A stretch of 31,078 bases of DNA, taken from positions 1 to 31,078 of the forward strand of contig CBFIGY010000033.1 in NCBI GenBank assembly GCA_965662235.1, in the 5' to 3' direction. Below, in pieces: positions 1 to 8,356 of the stretch (positions are counted from its first letter, which is position 1; each line of letters opens with the position of its first letter). A program made the position numbers and the translations under genes. The DNA is from an uncultured bacterium (GTDB taxonomy: Bacteria; SAR324; NAC60-12). The notes under the pieces were generated by a model. That model had not been told where the DNA came from, made no database searches, and saw nothing but the letters and a program-made list of their open reading frames with translations.

Positions 1-119
1 TGATCTGGAACGAGATGATGGCGGCCAGCATCATCGGCATCATTCCGGTTCTGTTCCTGTTCATGTTCCTACAGAAGTACCTGATGGCCGGTCTGACGGC
101 TGGAGCCTTGAAGTCGTAA
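1..119 (+). CDS. Carbohydrate ABC transporter permease, 3' end only (MalG/CUT1 type)
   Basis: Frame 3 reads IWNEMMAASIIGIIPVLFLFMFLQKYLMAGLTAGALKS*, the typical MalG-like C-terminus; TAA at 117-119; directly upstream of binding protein and ATPase. Not in the ORF track. Confidence 0.9.
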   Translation, partial: IWNEMMAASIIGIIPVLFLFMFLQKYLMAGLTAGALKS

Positions 120-232
120 TCCTTGCTTCCCTCAACCTCATGTGGAGTCTGCCCATGGTTCGATAATCCTGCTGTTGCGTTGTGTTGCCTCAGGTGAGGC
201 GTTACTGATTTGAACCCATTGAGAGAACAAAC

Positions 233-1453
233 ATGAACCTGAAACAAGCCTTCATGCGCTCGGTGCTGATTGGTGCCGGTGCCCTTGCTTTTGCTGGACT
301 GGGACATGCCCAGGAGTTGACCTTTGTGATGTGTGGCGGAGAAGCCCGAGAGGCGGACCAGCAGACCATTGATGCCTTCATGAAGGCCCGCCCGGGGGTG
401 AAGGTCAATATGGAGGTGGTGCCGTGGGGAACCTGTCAGGACAAGTCCATGACCCTGGCTGCCGCAGGCGACCCGGTCAGTGTGGCCTACATGGGCTCCC
501 GGACCCTGAAGCAGCTGGCAGAGAACAACCTGATTGTGCCCGTCACCATTCCGGCTGCCGACCAGTCCAAGTACCAGCCCGGCATCCTCAAGACGGTCTC
601 GCACATGGGCAAGTTCTGGGGCTTCCCGCACGCGTTCTCCACAAAGGCGCTGTTCATGAACTGCGACGTGGTGGAGCAGGCAGGGTTGACCTGTAAGGGA
701 CCTGAGAGCTGGGATGAGATGTACTCCATGGCCAAAACCATCAAGGACAAGACCGGAATTGCGGGTGTCGGGTTGGCTGCCAAGGACTTTGACAACACCA
801 TGCACCAGTTCCTGAACTACCTCTACAGCAACGGAGGACAGGTCATTGATCCGGACACAAACGAGATCACGCTCAACAGCAAGCAGGCGGTGGAAACCTT
901 GGACTTCTACGGCAAGCTGGTCAGTGTGGCTCAGGAAGGTCCTACCGCGTTTGAGCGGTCTCAGATCAAGGACCTGTTCAACGACGGGAAGGTGGCCATG
1001 TACATCGACGGTCCCTGGGGACGTGGACAGCACAAGGAAGGCATGCGGACCATCACGGTGCCGATTCCTGCCGGTCCTAGTGGCGTGAGTGGAACCCTGC
1101 TCATCACCGACTCGATTGCTGTGTTCAAGGGCACCGGACACGAAGACCTGGCCATGGAACTGGCCCGGGCCCTGTCTTCCGGTGATGCACAGTACAACCT
1201 GGACCAGACCTGGGGCCTCACCCCCATCATGAAGTACGATGAGGGCATGGTCGACAGTCCTTACTACGCGGGAGACGCCTACTGGAAGGTCTTCATTGAC
1301 CCCATCACCACCGGAGGTCCGGAGCCGCTGTTTGTGGACTACAAGTCCCTGCAGACCGTCATGAACAGCATGATCCAGGGGATTGTGCTGGGAGACGGCA
1401 ACGCAGAGGACCTGGTCGCTCAGGCCGCTGAAGAGCTTGAGGAATTCAAGTAA
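233..1453 (+). CDS. Sugar ABC transporter substrate-binding protein
   Basis: Signal peptide ending AHA-like (GHAQE); family-1 SBP features (GKFWGFPHAFSTKALFMN, FNDGKVAMYIDGPW); operon context. Confidence 0.92.
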   Translation: MNLKQAFMRSVLIGAGALAFAGLGHAQELTFVMCGGEAREADQQTIDAFMKARPGVKVNMEVVPWGTCQDKSMTLAAAGDPVSVAYMGSRTLKQLAENNLIVPVTIPAADQSKYQPGILKTVSHMGKFWGFPHAFSTKALFMNCDVVEQAGLTCKGPESWDEMYSMAKTIKDKTGIAGVGLAAKDFDNTMHQFLNYLYSNGGQVIDPDTNEITLNSKQAVETLDFYGKLVSVAQEGPTAFERSQIKDLFNDGKVAMYIDGPWGRGQHKEGMRTITVPIPAGPSGVSGTLLITDSIAVFKGTGHEDLAMELARALSSGDAQYNLDQTWGLTPIMKYDEGMVDSPYYAGDAYWKVFIDPITTGGPEPLFVDYKSLQTVMNSMIQGIVLGDGNAEDLVAQAAEELEEFK

Positions 1454-1478
1454 GCCTCAGGCTCAGCTCCTCTTTTCA

Positions 1479-1511
1479 CGCTCCCGGGGGCTGCCTCGGG
1501 GGCGTTCTTTT
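1479..1511 (+). terminator. GC-rich hairpin with U tract after the SBP gene (terminator or mRNA-stabilising stem)
   Basis: CGCTCCCGGGG-GCTG-CCTCGGGGGCG, 11-bp stem with two G-U pairs, followed by TTCTTTT. Confidence 0.6.
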
Positions 1512-1544
1512 GAAACCTTTTTGCGGACAGATGGGGTTTTCAGC

Positions 1545-2654
1545 ATGGCCGCTGTTACATTGAAGGCAATTGACAAACAATTCGGCGCCACTCAGGTCCT
1601 GCATGACATCAACCTAGAGATCACAGACAAGGAGTTTGTTGTGTTTGTCGGACCCTCCGGATGCGGGAAAACGACCCTGCTCCGGATCATTGCGGGGCTG
1701 GAGGAAGCGTCTCAGGGAGAGGTCTGGATTGACGGCAACGAGGTCTCCACGGCTCAGCCGGTGGAGCGGGGCATTTCCATGGTCTTCCAGTCCTATGCGC
1801 TTTATCCGCACCTGACGGTGTTTGAGAACATTGCCTTTCCGTTAAGGGTCATGAAGATGCCGGAGCCGGAACTGCGTCAGCGCGTGGAAGCCGCCGCGGC
1901 GACCTTGCAGCTCACGGATCGTCTGCAGCACAAGCCCGGACAGCTTTCTGGGGGGCAGCGCCAGCGGGTGGCGATTGGACGCTCGATTGTTCGGCAGCCC
2001 AAGGTGTTTCTCTTTGATGAGCCGCTTTCGAACCTCGATGCCGCGCTCCGGGGGGAGATGCGGGTGGAGCTTTCGAAGCTGCACCAGAACCTCAATGCCA
2101 CCATGATTTATGTGACGCATGATCAGGTGGAGGCCATGACGATGGCGGACCGCATTGTTGTCCTCTCTCAGGGCTGGGTGGAGCAGTTTGGCACCCCGAT
2201 GGAACTCTATCACCGTCCCCGGACCAAGTTTGTGGCCAGCTTCATTGGGCACCCCAAGATGAACTTCCTTCCCACCCGCTGCGAGGAGGCGTCGGCCTCC
2301 GGAGTGACGGTGACGCTTCCGGGCGTGGGCGCCTTGGAGCTTCCGGTGGACCCACAGGAAGGACTGAAGGGGCAGGCCCTGGAAGTGGGAGTGCGTCCGG
2401 AGGATCTGCTGCTCTCTGAAGACACCTCCGGGCTGCCCATGGAAGTCCAGGTGCTGGAACGCTTGGGGGGAAGCTCGTTGGTGTATGGCCGCATTGCTGG
2501 CACAGAAGGCTGCTGCGCCATGCTGCCAGGAGACGCGTTGGTCCGGGAAGGAGCAACGGTGCACCTGAAGGTGGTTCCTGAGCAGCTACACGTCTTTACC
2601 GCCTCCGGAGAAGCCCTGCGGCGCCAGAAGGTTCCGGCGGTGCTCCTTCAATAA
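1545..2654 (+). CDS. Sugar ABC transporter ATP-binding protein (MalK/UgpC family)
   Basis: Walker A GPSGCGKTT, signature LSGGQRQR, FLFDEPLSNLD, YVTHDQ; C-terminal TOBE-like region. Start moved to ATG 1545 (MAAVTLK). Confidence 0.96.
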   Translation: MAAVTLKAIDKQFGATQVLHDINLEITDKEFVVFVGPSGCGKTTLLRIIAGLEEASQGEVWIDGNEVSTAQPVERGISMVFQSYALYPHLTVFENIAFPLRVMKMPEPELRQRVEAAAATLQLTDRLQHKPGQLSGGQRQRVAIGRSIVRQPKVFLFDEPLSNLDAALRGEMRVELSKLHQNLNATMIYVTHDQVEAMTMADRIVVLSQGWVEQFGTPMELYHRPRTKFVASFIGHPKMNFLPTRCEEASASGVTVTLPGVGALELPVDPQEGLKGQALEVGVRPEDLLLSEDTSGLPMEVQVLERLGGSSLVYGRIAGTEGCCAMLPGDALVREGATVHLKVVPEQLHVFTASGEALRRQKVPAVLLQ

Positions 2655-2673
2655 CCTGATTCTGCAGAAACTC

Positions 2674-3825
2674 ATGCGTGTTGCAATTGTGGGGCTCGGC
2701 CTCCGGGCGGGTCATGTCATTGGCTTGATGAAACAACAGATGCCCGAGCTGGAAGTGGTGGGGTACGTGGACCCCTCTCCGTGCGGGATGGAGCGGTTGG
2801 GAGAGGCCCAGCCTCAGCGGAGCTACCCGGACCTTCCAGAGATGCTTTCAGATGCTCGTCCGGACCTGCTGTTTGTCGGGTCCCCCAACCACCTGCACCT
2901 CGAGCACATTCGGCTGGGACTGGAAGCCGGAGTGCAGGTGTTTGCGGAAAAGCCGGTGGTGACCACACTGGAAGACACCTTCACCCTTGCCGAGCTGCTG
3001 GCTCAGCATGGGCCCGACCGGGTCATGGTCGGACTGGTCCTCCGGTACTCGCAGCACATGCGGGACCTGCGGTCGGCACTGGCCGACGGACTGTTGGGGC
3101 CGATTGCGTCCATTGAAGCCAACGAGCACATTGCCCCCTACCACGGTTCCTTCTTCATGCGGGACTGGCGGCGCAAGGTGGCTTACTCCGGAGGCTTCAT
3201 GCTGGAAAAGTGCTGCCACGACCTCGACATCTACAACATGGTCACGGCCAGTCGCCCGCAACGGGTGGCCAGCTTCGGCAGCCGCCGGTCCTTTGTTCCG
3301 GAGCAGGCGCCTCCGGCAGGCGCTCATGACGACGTCTATCAGGTGAAGAAATCCTTCTGGGAAGCGACCGACGATCCCTTTGCCTCTGATGCGGACATCA
3401 TTGACAACCAGACGGCGCTGATGGAGTTTGAAAACGGCGTGGGGATGACCTTTCACACCAACATCAACACCCCGGATGAGCACCGGCGCTTCTGCATCAT
3501 CGGCGCACAGGGCATGGCAGAAGGAGACTTCGTCCGAGGCTTCCTCCGGGTGACCGAGGCCCGAACCGGTCAACGCCTCATGGACCACGACTACACCCGG
3601 AATGCTGCCGCCAAGACCGCCCACTACGGCGCAGATGAGCTGATGGTGGCCGACCTAGCCGCCTACCTACGTCAGGAACAGGGCGCCCTGCCGGTGTCGA
3701 TTCTGGACGCGTTGGAAGCCGGGGTGGTGGCACTGGAGCTGGATGCCGCCCGCACCACCGGAACCGTTCGGGACCTCACGCCCCTGTGGACGCGTTTGGA
3801 CGCGTTTGGACTGCGCCATGGGTGA
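2674..3825 (+). CDS. Gfo/Idh/MocA family NAD(P)-dependent oxidoreductase
   Basis: N-terminal VAIVGLGLR Rossmann motif, AEKPV motif, GGFMLEKCCHDLD. Confidence 0.92.
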   Translation: MRVAIVGLGLRAGHVIGLMKQQMPELEVVGYVDPSPCGMERLGEAQPQRSYPDLPEMLSDARPDLLFVGSPNHLHLEHIRLGLEAGVQVFAEKPVVTTLEDTFTLAELLAQHGPDRVMVGLVLRYSQHMRDLRSALADGLLGPIASIEANEHIAPYHGSFFMRDWRRKVAYSGGFMLEKCCHDLDIYNMVTASRPQRVASFGSRRSFVPEQAPPAGAHDDVYQVKKSFWEATDDPFASDADIIDNQTALMEFENGVGMTFHTNINTPDEHRRFCIIGAQGMAEGDFVRGFLRVTEARTGQRLMDHDYTRNAAAKTAHYGADELMVADLAAYLRQEQGALPVSILDALEAGVVALELDAARTTGTVRDLTPLWTRLDAFGLRHG

Positions 3826-4714
3826 CTGGCTGCTCACCCTAGACGGAGGTGCAACCAACTGCCGGGCGGTTCTCTACCAAGGGGATACCGTGGTGGCACG
3901 GGCCAGTGGTCCGGCTGCCAACGCGTGGTGGGGCATTGAAGAAAGCGCTCAGAGCATCCTCAGCACCTGGGAAGCCGTGGCCCAGCAGGCCGGACTCTCA
4001 ACCCGTCCAGAAGACAACCGTGTCCAGCTGGTGGCCGGACTGGCTGGGGCCGAACTGAACAGCCTCCGGCAGGCCCTGGTGGCCCGCCTGTCAGGCTTCC
4101 GAGACATCAAGATCCTCACCGACGGGTATGCTGCCCTGCTTGGTGCCGGTGAGGGGGAGCCCTGCACCTTGATGATTGTCGGCACCGGTTCGGTGGTGCA
4201 CCGGTTGGAAGCCAATGGACTGAGCCGCATTGCCGGAGGCTGGGGCATGGTGGCCGGAGACCGGGGCAGCGCCGCATGGATTGGACTGGAAACCGTCCGG
4301 CGCTGGCTGCAGTGGGAAGACGGCAGCCGCTCCCCTGATGGCAACTCGCCCCTCCGGGATCAGCTCAATCAGCTCATTGGCACCTCGCGTGAGGTTCGCT
4401 TGGCGTGGCTCAAAGACGCAAAGCCCGCGGACTACGGAGCCCTTTCCCGCTGGGTGGTGGCCGCTGCCGAAGCAGGAGATCCCTTTTCAGAGCGCCTGAT
4501 GCGACGGGCGACCGACGAGGTGGCCGACAGCCTCCAAACGCTCATTCAGGACGATGACCGGGGTCTGGTCTTCTTGGCCGGTGGTCTGGCGGAAACCTTT
4601 CAGGACCGCCTGCAACGGCACCATGGGTTTCTGGTGAGCCGACCCAAGCAGGATGCCAACTACGGCTGTTACCTGGTGGGACGTCAGCAGGCGCCCGATG
4701 AGCGACGGGCCTGA
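3818..4714 (+). CDS. BadF/BadG/BcrA/BcrD-family sugar kinase (N-acetylglucosamine/glucosamine kinase-like)
   Basis: LDGGATNCRA phosphate-1 loop, GLAG, IVGTGS, GGWGMVAGDRGSAAWIG, LAGGL. Start ATG 3818 overlaps the upstream stop. Confidence 0.88.
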   Translation: MGDWLLTLDGGATNCRAVLYQGDTVVARASGPAANAWWGIEESAQSILSTWEAVAQQAGLSTRPEDNRVQLVAGLAGAELNSLRQALVARLSGFRDIKILTDGYAALLGAGEGEPCTLMIVGTGSVVHRLEANGLSRIAGGWGMVAGDRGSAAWIGLETVRRWLQWEDGSRSPDGNSPLRDQLNQLIGTSREVRLAWLKDAKPADYGALSRWVVAAAEAGDPFSERLMRRATDEVADSLQTLIQDDDRGLVFLAGGLAETFQDRLQRHHGFLVSRPKQDANYGCYLVGRQQAPDERRA

Positions 4715-5333
4715 CGTGGCCGATCCAAAGGCACCCCGGGTGCTGGGACTGACCGGGGGGATTGGGTCCGGGAAGTCAACCGTGGGACAGTGGTTTGCCG
4801 ATGCCGGCTTTCCCACCCTCAATGCAGATCGGCTGGGACACGAGGTGCTGGCGCCTGGACAGCCCGCCCATGCTGAGGTGGTGGCTCACTTTGGCGCGCA
4901 CCTGCTTCTTCCATCTGGCGCCATTGACCGTCAGCAGCTCGGGGCGATCGTCTTTTCCGACCCGGAGGCGTTGCAGACGCTGAACGCGCTTACTCATCCT
5001 CGGATTGCCGAAAAGGCCCAAGAAGCCGCCCGTGAGCTGGCGCAGGTCCGCCCGGACCGTCGGGTGGTGCTGGAAGCTGCGTTGCTGATTGAGGCCCAGT
5101 GGGACCGTTTCTGTGAGGTTGTGTGGGTGGTGGAAGCCCCTCCGGAGCAGGTGATCCGGCGTCTGCACCAACGTAACGGACTCACTCCAGCTCAGGCTCA
5201 GGCCCGCATCAACGCCCAGCTGGCCCCAGACGTCCGTCGGGCTCACGCCCAGGAGGTCCTCTGCAATGATTCGACACTGGAAGACCTGCATCACCAGTGG
5301 TATGCTGCCAAGGAGCGCTGGCTGTCAACCTGA
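4698..5333 (+). CDS. coaE: Dephospho-CoA kinase
   Basis: GLTGGIGSGKSTV P-loop, IDRQQLGAIVF, LTHPRI, ARINAQ. Start ATG 4698 approximate. Confidence 0.95.
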   Translation: MSDGPDVADPKAPRVLGLTGGIGSGKSTVGQWFADAGFPTLNADRLGHEVLAPGQPAHAEVVAHFGAHLLLPSGAIDRQQLGAIVFSDPEALQTLNALTHPRIAEKAQEAARELAQVRPDRRVVLEAALLIEAQWDRFCEVVWVVEAPPEQVIRRLHQRNGLTPAQAQARINAQLAPDVRRAHAQEVLCNDSTLEDLHHQWYAAKERWLST

Positions 5334-5348
5334 ATCCTCGGAGGACTG

Positions 5349-6287
5349 ATGAGAAAGCACCTGCATCTGGTCGTAGACACGTACCTGCACCCCAGCATTG
5401 GGCTGTTCTGGCAACGTCACGGGCTCCGCATCATGGAACACTTGGTCCCGAGCGCGTTCTCCTGCACCTCTCGGGGCAACGGGCTGGAAGCGGTTTTTGA
5501 TAAGGCGGTCCGGGGGCGAGCCCGCAAGGTGGTGGTCATTGCGACCCCTGAGGGCGTCCGGAATGCCTTCAGCTGGCTCATGCAGATGGACCCGGAGGAC
5601 CGAGCCGCGGTGCAGGTGGGCTTCTGGCCCCTCACGTCACTTGAGGTGGCCACCTGGATGCTGCAGTTTTCGAGCAGCCTTTCCCCGTTCTTGCAGGTGT
5701 TCCGGACCGGACACACGCTGGCTGTGGACGTGGTGAAGGCGCAGTACCTGACCGATGAGCTGCACACCACCTACTTCTGGAACGATTTTCTGCTCAGCAG
5801 CACCCACCCTTCAGCCCACTCCATTCTGTTCCTTGATGATGAGGACTACGCCCAAGAAGGCGCAGCCCGTTACCGCATTCGGCATCACGATCAGCCGCTG
5901 AGTTCCCTGGCGGCAAATCCGGGGAAGTTCTGCCGCAACGACAAGATGCGCCTCTTTGCTTCTGATCCGGTGCTTTCGCAGAAACGTGCCTGGACTCCGC
6001 TGACGCGCAAGGAACGCCTGGTCCGGACGGCGCGGCAGCTGGAAATTCAGGGCAACTGGGCCAACCTGGTGCTGCACTCGGTTGACGTCCGGGATGCCGT
6101 GCAGTCGATCCACTTCGAAGTGGTCCGCCGAGCCTTTTCGCTGATTGTGCCCATGATTCCCATTCGGCAGCCGGAACCCATCCGCGAACGCATCCTCTCC
6201 CTCCCTGTCCGGAACGTTGCCACGGCCCGGGAGCTTCCCTCCCGTTCCATGCGTTCAGGGAAGGACAAACGCAACCCGCTTTCCTGA
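5349..6287 (+). CDS. Hypothetical protein, probable degenerate diacylglycerol/lipid kinase (YegS/DgkB) fold
   Basis: Good RBS (GAGGA); 312 aa; order and spacing of segments resemble DAGK family but catalytic motifs are absent (see findings). Confidence 0.55.
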   Translation: MRKHLHLVVDTYLHPSIGLFWQRHGLRIMEHLVPSAFSCTSRGNGLEAVFDKAVRGRARKVVVIATPEGVRNAFSWLMQMDPEDRAAVQVGFWPLTSLEVATWMLQFSSSLSPFLQVFRTGHTLAVDVVKAQYLTDELHTTYFWNDFLLSSTHPSAHSILFLDDEDYAQEGAARYRIRHHDQPLSSLAANPGKFCRNDKMRLFASDPVLSQKRAWTPLTRKERLVRTARQLEIQGNWANLVLHSVDVRDAVQSIHFEVVRRAFSLIVPMIPIRQPEPIRERILSLPVRNVATARELPSRSMRSGKDKRNPLS

Positions 6288-6305
6288 CCCTCCCTCCGCC
6301 TTCCG

Positions 6306-6349
6306 GGCAGGAGGCAAGCTGGACAAAAGATCGGCTTGAGCTTCCTGCC
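6306..6349 (+). terminator. Long GC-rich stem-loop between hypothetical gene and prfB
   Basis: GGCAGGAGGC/GCTTCCTGCC and AAGCTG/CGGCTT arms; U tract not immediately adjacent. Confidence 0.4.
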
Positions 6350-6407
6350 TGACCCCCGTACGCTTATCTGTTTTTGTCAACTTCGTAACTGAAAGAGCGA
6401 ACACATC

Positions 6408-7515
6408 ATGTTGAACGAGGAGATCACCAGTAAGATCGACGAGTTGGCCGAGCGTGTGGAGAGCCTAGAAGGGTATCTTTGAAGTCGCCGACAAACGTGA
6501 GCGACTGAACGCCCTTGAGGCCGTGACCACCGAGGACAACTTCTGGGAACGGCATCAGGATGAACGGACGCCGATTTTGAAGGAGAAGTCTGCGCTGGAG
6601 AGCGTGGTGGACGAATGGGACCAGGTCTGCGGCATGCGGGACGACTTGGAAACCGCGACCGAGCTTTACCGGGAAGAAGAGGATCCGGAGCTGCTGCAGG
6701 AAATCAAGGACACCTGCCAGCGTCTGGAGACGCAGCTGGACGCAATGGAAATCCTGGGACTGTTCTCAGGAGAGAATGACACCAGTGATGCCATTGTGAC
6801 CATCCACCCGGGAGCCGGAGGAACCGAGTCCACGGACTGGGCGTCCATGCTGTACAACATGTACCTCAAGTGGGCCCAAGAAGAGGGCTACAAGACGGAG
6901 CTGCTGGACCTGCTTCCCGGAGAAGAGGCAGGCATCAAGTCAGCGACCTTTGCGGTCAAGGGCCAGTATGCCTATGGCAAGCTCAAGGCAGAGGTGGGGG
7001 TGCACCGGCTGGTCCGGATTTCCCCGTTTGATGCGCAGAAGCGCCGGCACACGTCCTTTGCCTCCGTGTTTGTCTATGCTGACGTCGATGAGGAGATTGA
7101 GATCGACATCCGTCCTGATGAGCTCAAGGTCGACACCTACCGAGCCAGTGGCGCTGGAGGCCAGCACGTCAACACGACCGACTCAGCCGTCCGCATCACC
7201 CACCTTCCCTCTGGCATTGTTGTGCAGTGTCAAAATGAGCGGTCTCAGCACAAGAACCGCGCCACGGCCATGAAGATGCTCAAGGCCCGCCTGTATGACC
7301 TGCAGCAGCAGGAGCTGAACAAGGAGAAGGAAGAGGCCAACAGCAAGAAGCAGGAAATCGCCTGGGGCAGCCAGATCCGGAGCTACGTCCTGCACCCCTA
7401 CCAGATGGTGAAGGACCACCGGACCAACTGTGAGACCGGAAACTCGCAGGCCGTCCTCCAGGGAGGCGCCCTGAACCCCTTCATCAAGGCAGCACTTTCT
7501 CAAAAAGTCTGCTGA
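6408..7515 (+). CDS. prfB: Peptide chain release factor 2, expressed through a +1 programmed frameshift
   Basis: ORF1 from ATG 6408 (MLNEEITSKIDELAERVESLEGYL) ends CTT TGA at 6477-6482; +1 frame continues EVADKRERL into the 6523..7515 ORF with SPF (RISPFD) and GGQ motifs; about 368 aa in total. Confidence 0.97.
6467..6483 (+). promoter_or_regulatory. prfB frameshift cassette (internal SD-like AGAAGGG, TAT, CTT TGA A)
   Basis: Sequence agaagggtatctttgaa seen directly; matches the known RF2 autoregulatory slippery site. Confidence 0.93.
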
Positions 7516-7559
7516 ATGCCAACGGGGCAGCCCCCTGCCCCCCTAATGGAGAGTCCGAA

Positions 7560-8054
7560 ATGGCTGCAAGCTTTTCCTTTGATATTGTATGTGAAGTGGA
7601 TGCTCAAGAGGTGTCCAACGCGGTGGATCAGGCGCAGCGTGAGATCACCAACCGCTATGACTTCAAGGGCACGAGCTGTGCGATCGACTTTGAGCGCGGC
7701 GACATGGCCCTCAAGCTGACAGCAGATGACGAGATGAAGCTGGACACGGTCCGGGACATCCTCCTCAGCAAGCTGCTCAAGCGGAACGTTCCCGTCAAGT
7801 CTTTGGTCTATGGCAAGGCGGAGCCTTCGGGGAAGGTCCTCAAGCAGGAAATCACCATTCAGCAGGGGCTGAGCAAGGAGCAGTGCAAGACGCTGAATGT
7901 GCTCATCAAGAACACCAAGCTGAAGGTTCAGTCGCAGATCCAAGGAGAAGCGGTCCGGGTTTCTGGAAAGAGCAAGGATGACCTGCAGAACGTGATGAAC
8001 GAGATCAAGGCCAAGGACCTCGACTTTGACGTCCAGTTCACCAACTACCGCTGA
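7560..8054 (+). CDS. yajQ: YajQ family nucleotide/c-di-GMP-binding protein
   Basis: SFDIVCEVD, NAVDQA.REI..RYDFKG, KVQSQIQGEAVRVSGKSKDDLQ, QFTNYR C-terminus. Confidence 0.96.
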   Translation: MAASFSFDIVCEVDAQEVSNAVDQAQREITNRYDFKGTSCAIDFERGDMALKLTADDEMKLDTVRDILLSKLLKRNVPVKSLVYGKAEPSGKVLKQEITIQQGLSKEQCKTLNVLIKNTKLKVQSQIQGEAVRVSGKSKDDLQNVMNEIKAKDLDFDVQFTNYR

Positions 8055-8145
8055 CCCCTCTTCCGTTCCGGCTGGACCCTCTCATCTGTGAGAAAACCAG
8101 CCGTTTCAGATTGCAAAAAAACGAACCAAAATGTCCCAAATTGTT

Positions 8146-8247
8146 AATTTTCGACCGCATTTGGGAGGTTCTTTTGAGCAAATGCTGAATTTTTTCAGTA
8201 ACTTGATTTGAAGCAGGCTGGAATTTTCCCTCCAATTTTCGACCGCA
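8146..8247. repeat. 14-bp direct repeat AATTTTCGACCGCA (8146-8159 and 8234-8247)
   Basis: Two identical copies 88 bp apart in an AT-rich spacer between convergent genes. Confidence 0.85.
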
Positions 8248-8356
8248 CCCTCTCATTGATTTTCTGACACGAATCAGAGAAGATACTGGTTCGCAATCGC
8301 AGGATAGGAAGCATCAGGTCCATGCCGGGGTCCAGAAGGACCCCGGCTGCACGGAG

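Noticed and set aside
3787..3811. TGGACGCGTT x2.5 tandem repeat at the end of the oxidoreductase
   Set aside because: Too short for a contingency locus; reading frame and overlap with the next gene are intact.
6408..6522. prfB as a frameshifted pseudogene
   Set aside because: The break is exactly at the known programmed CTT TGA site.
8146..8247. Mini CRISPR array or replication origin
   Set aside because: Only two 14-bp copies with a 74-bp gap, no cas genes, and no DnaA boxes noticed.
8038..8256. 72-aa minus-strand ORF in the AT-rich spacer
   Set aside because: No clear RBS, atypical codon use, overlaps the yajQ stop, no motif.
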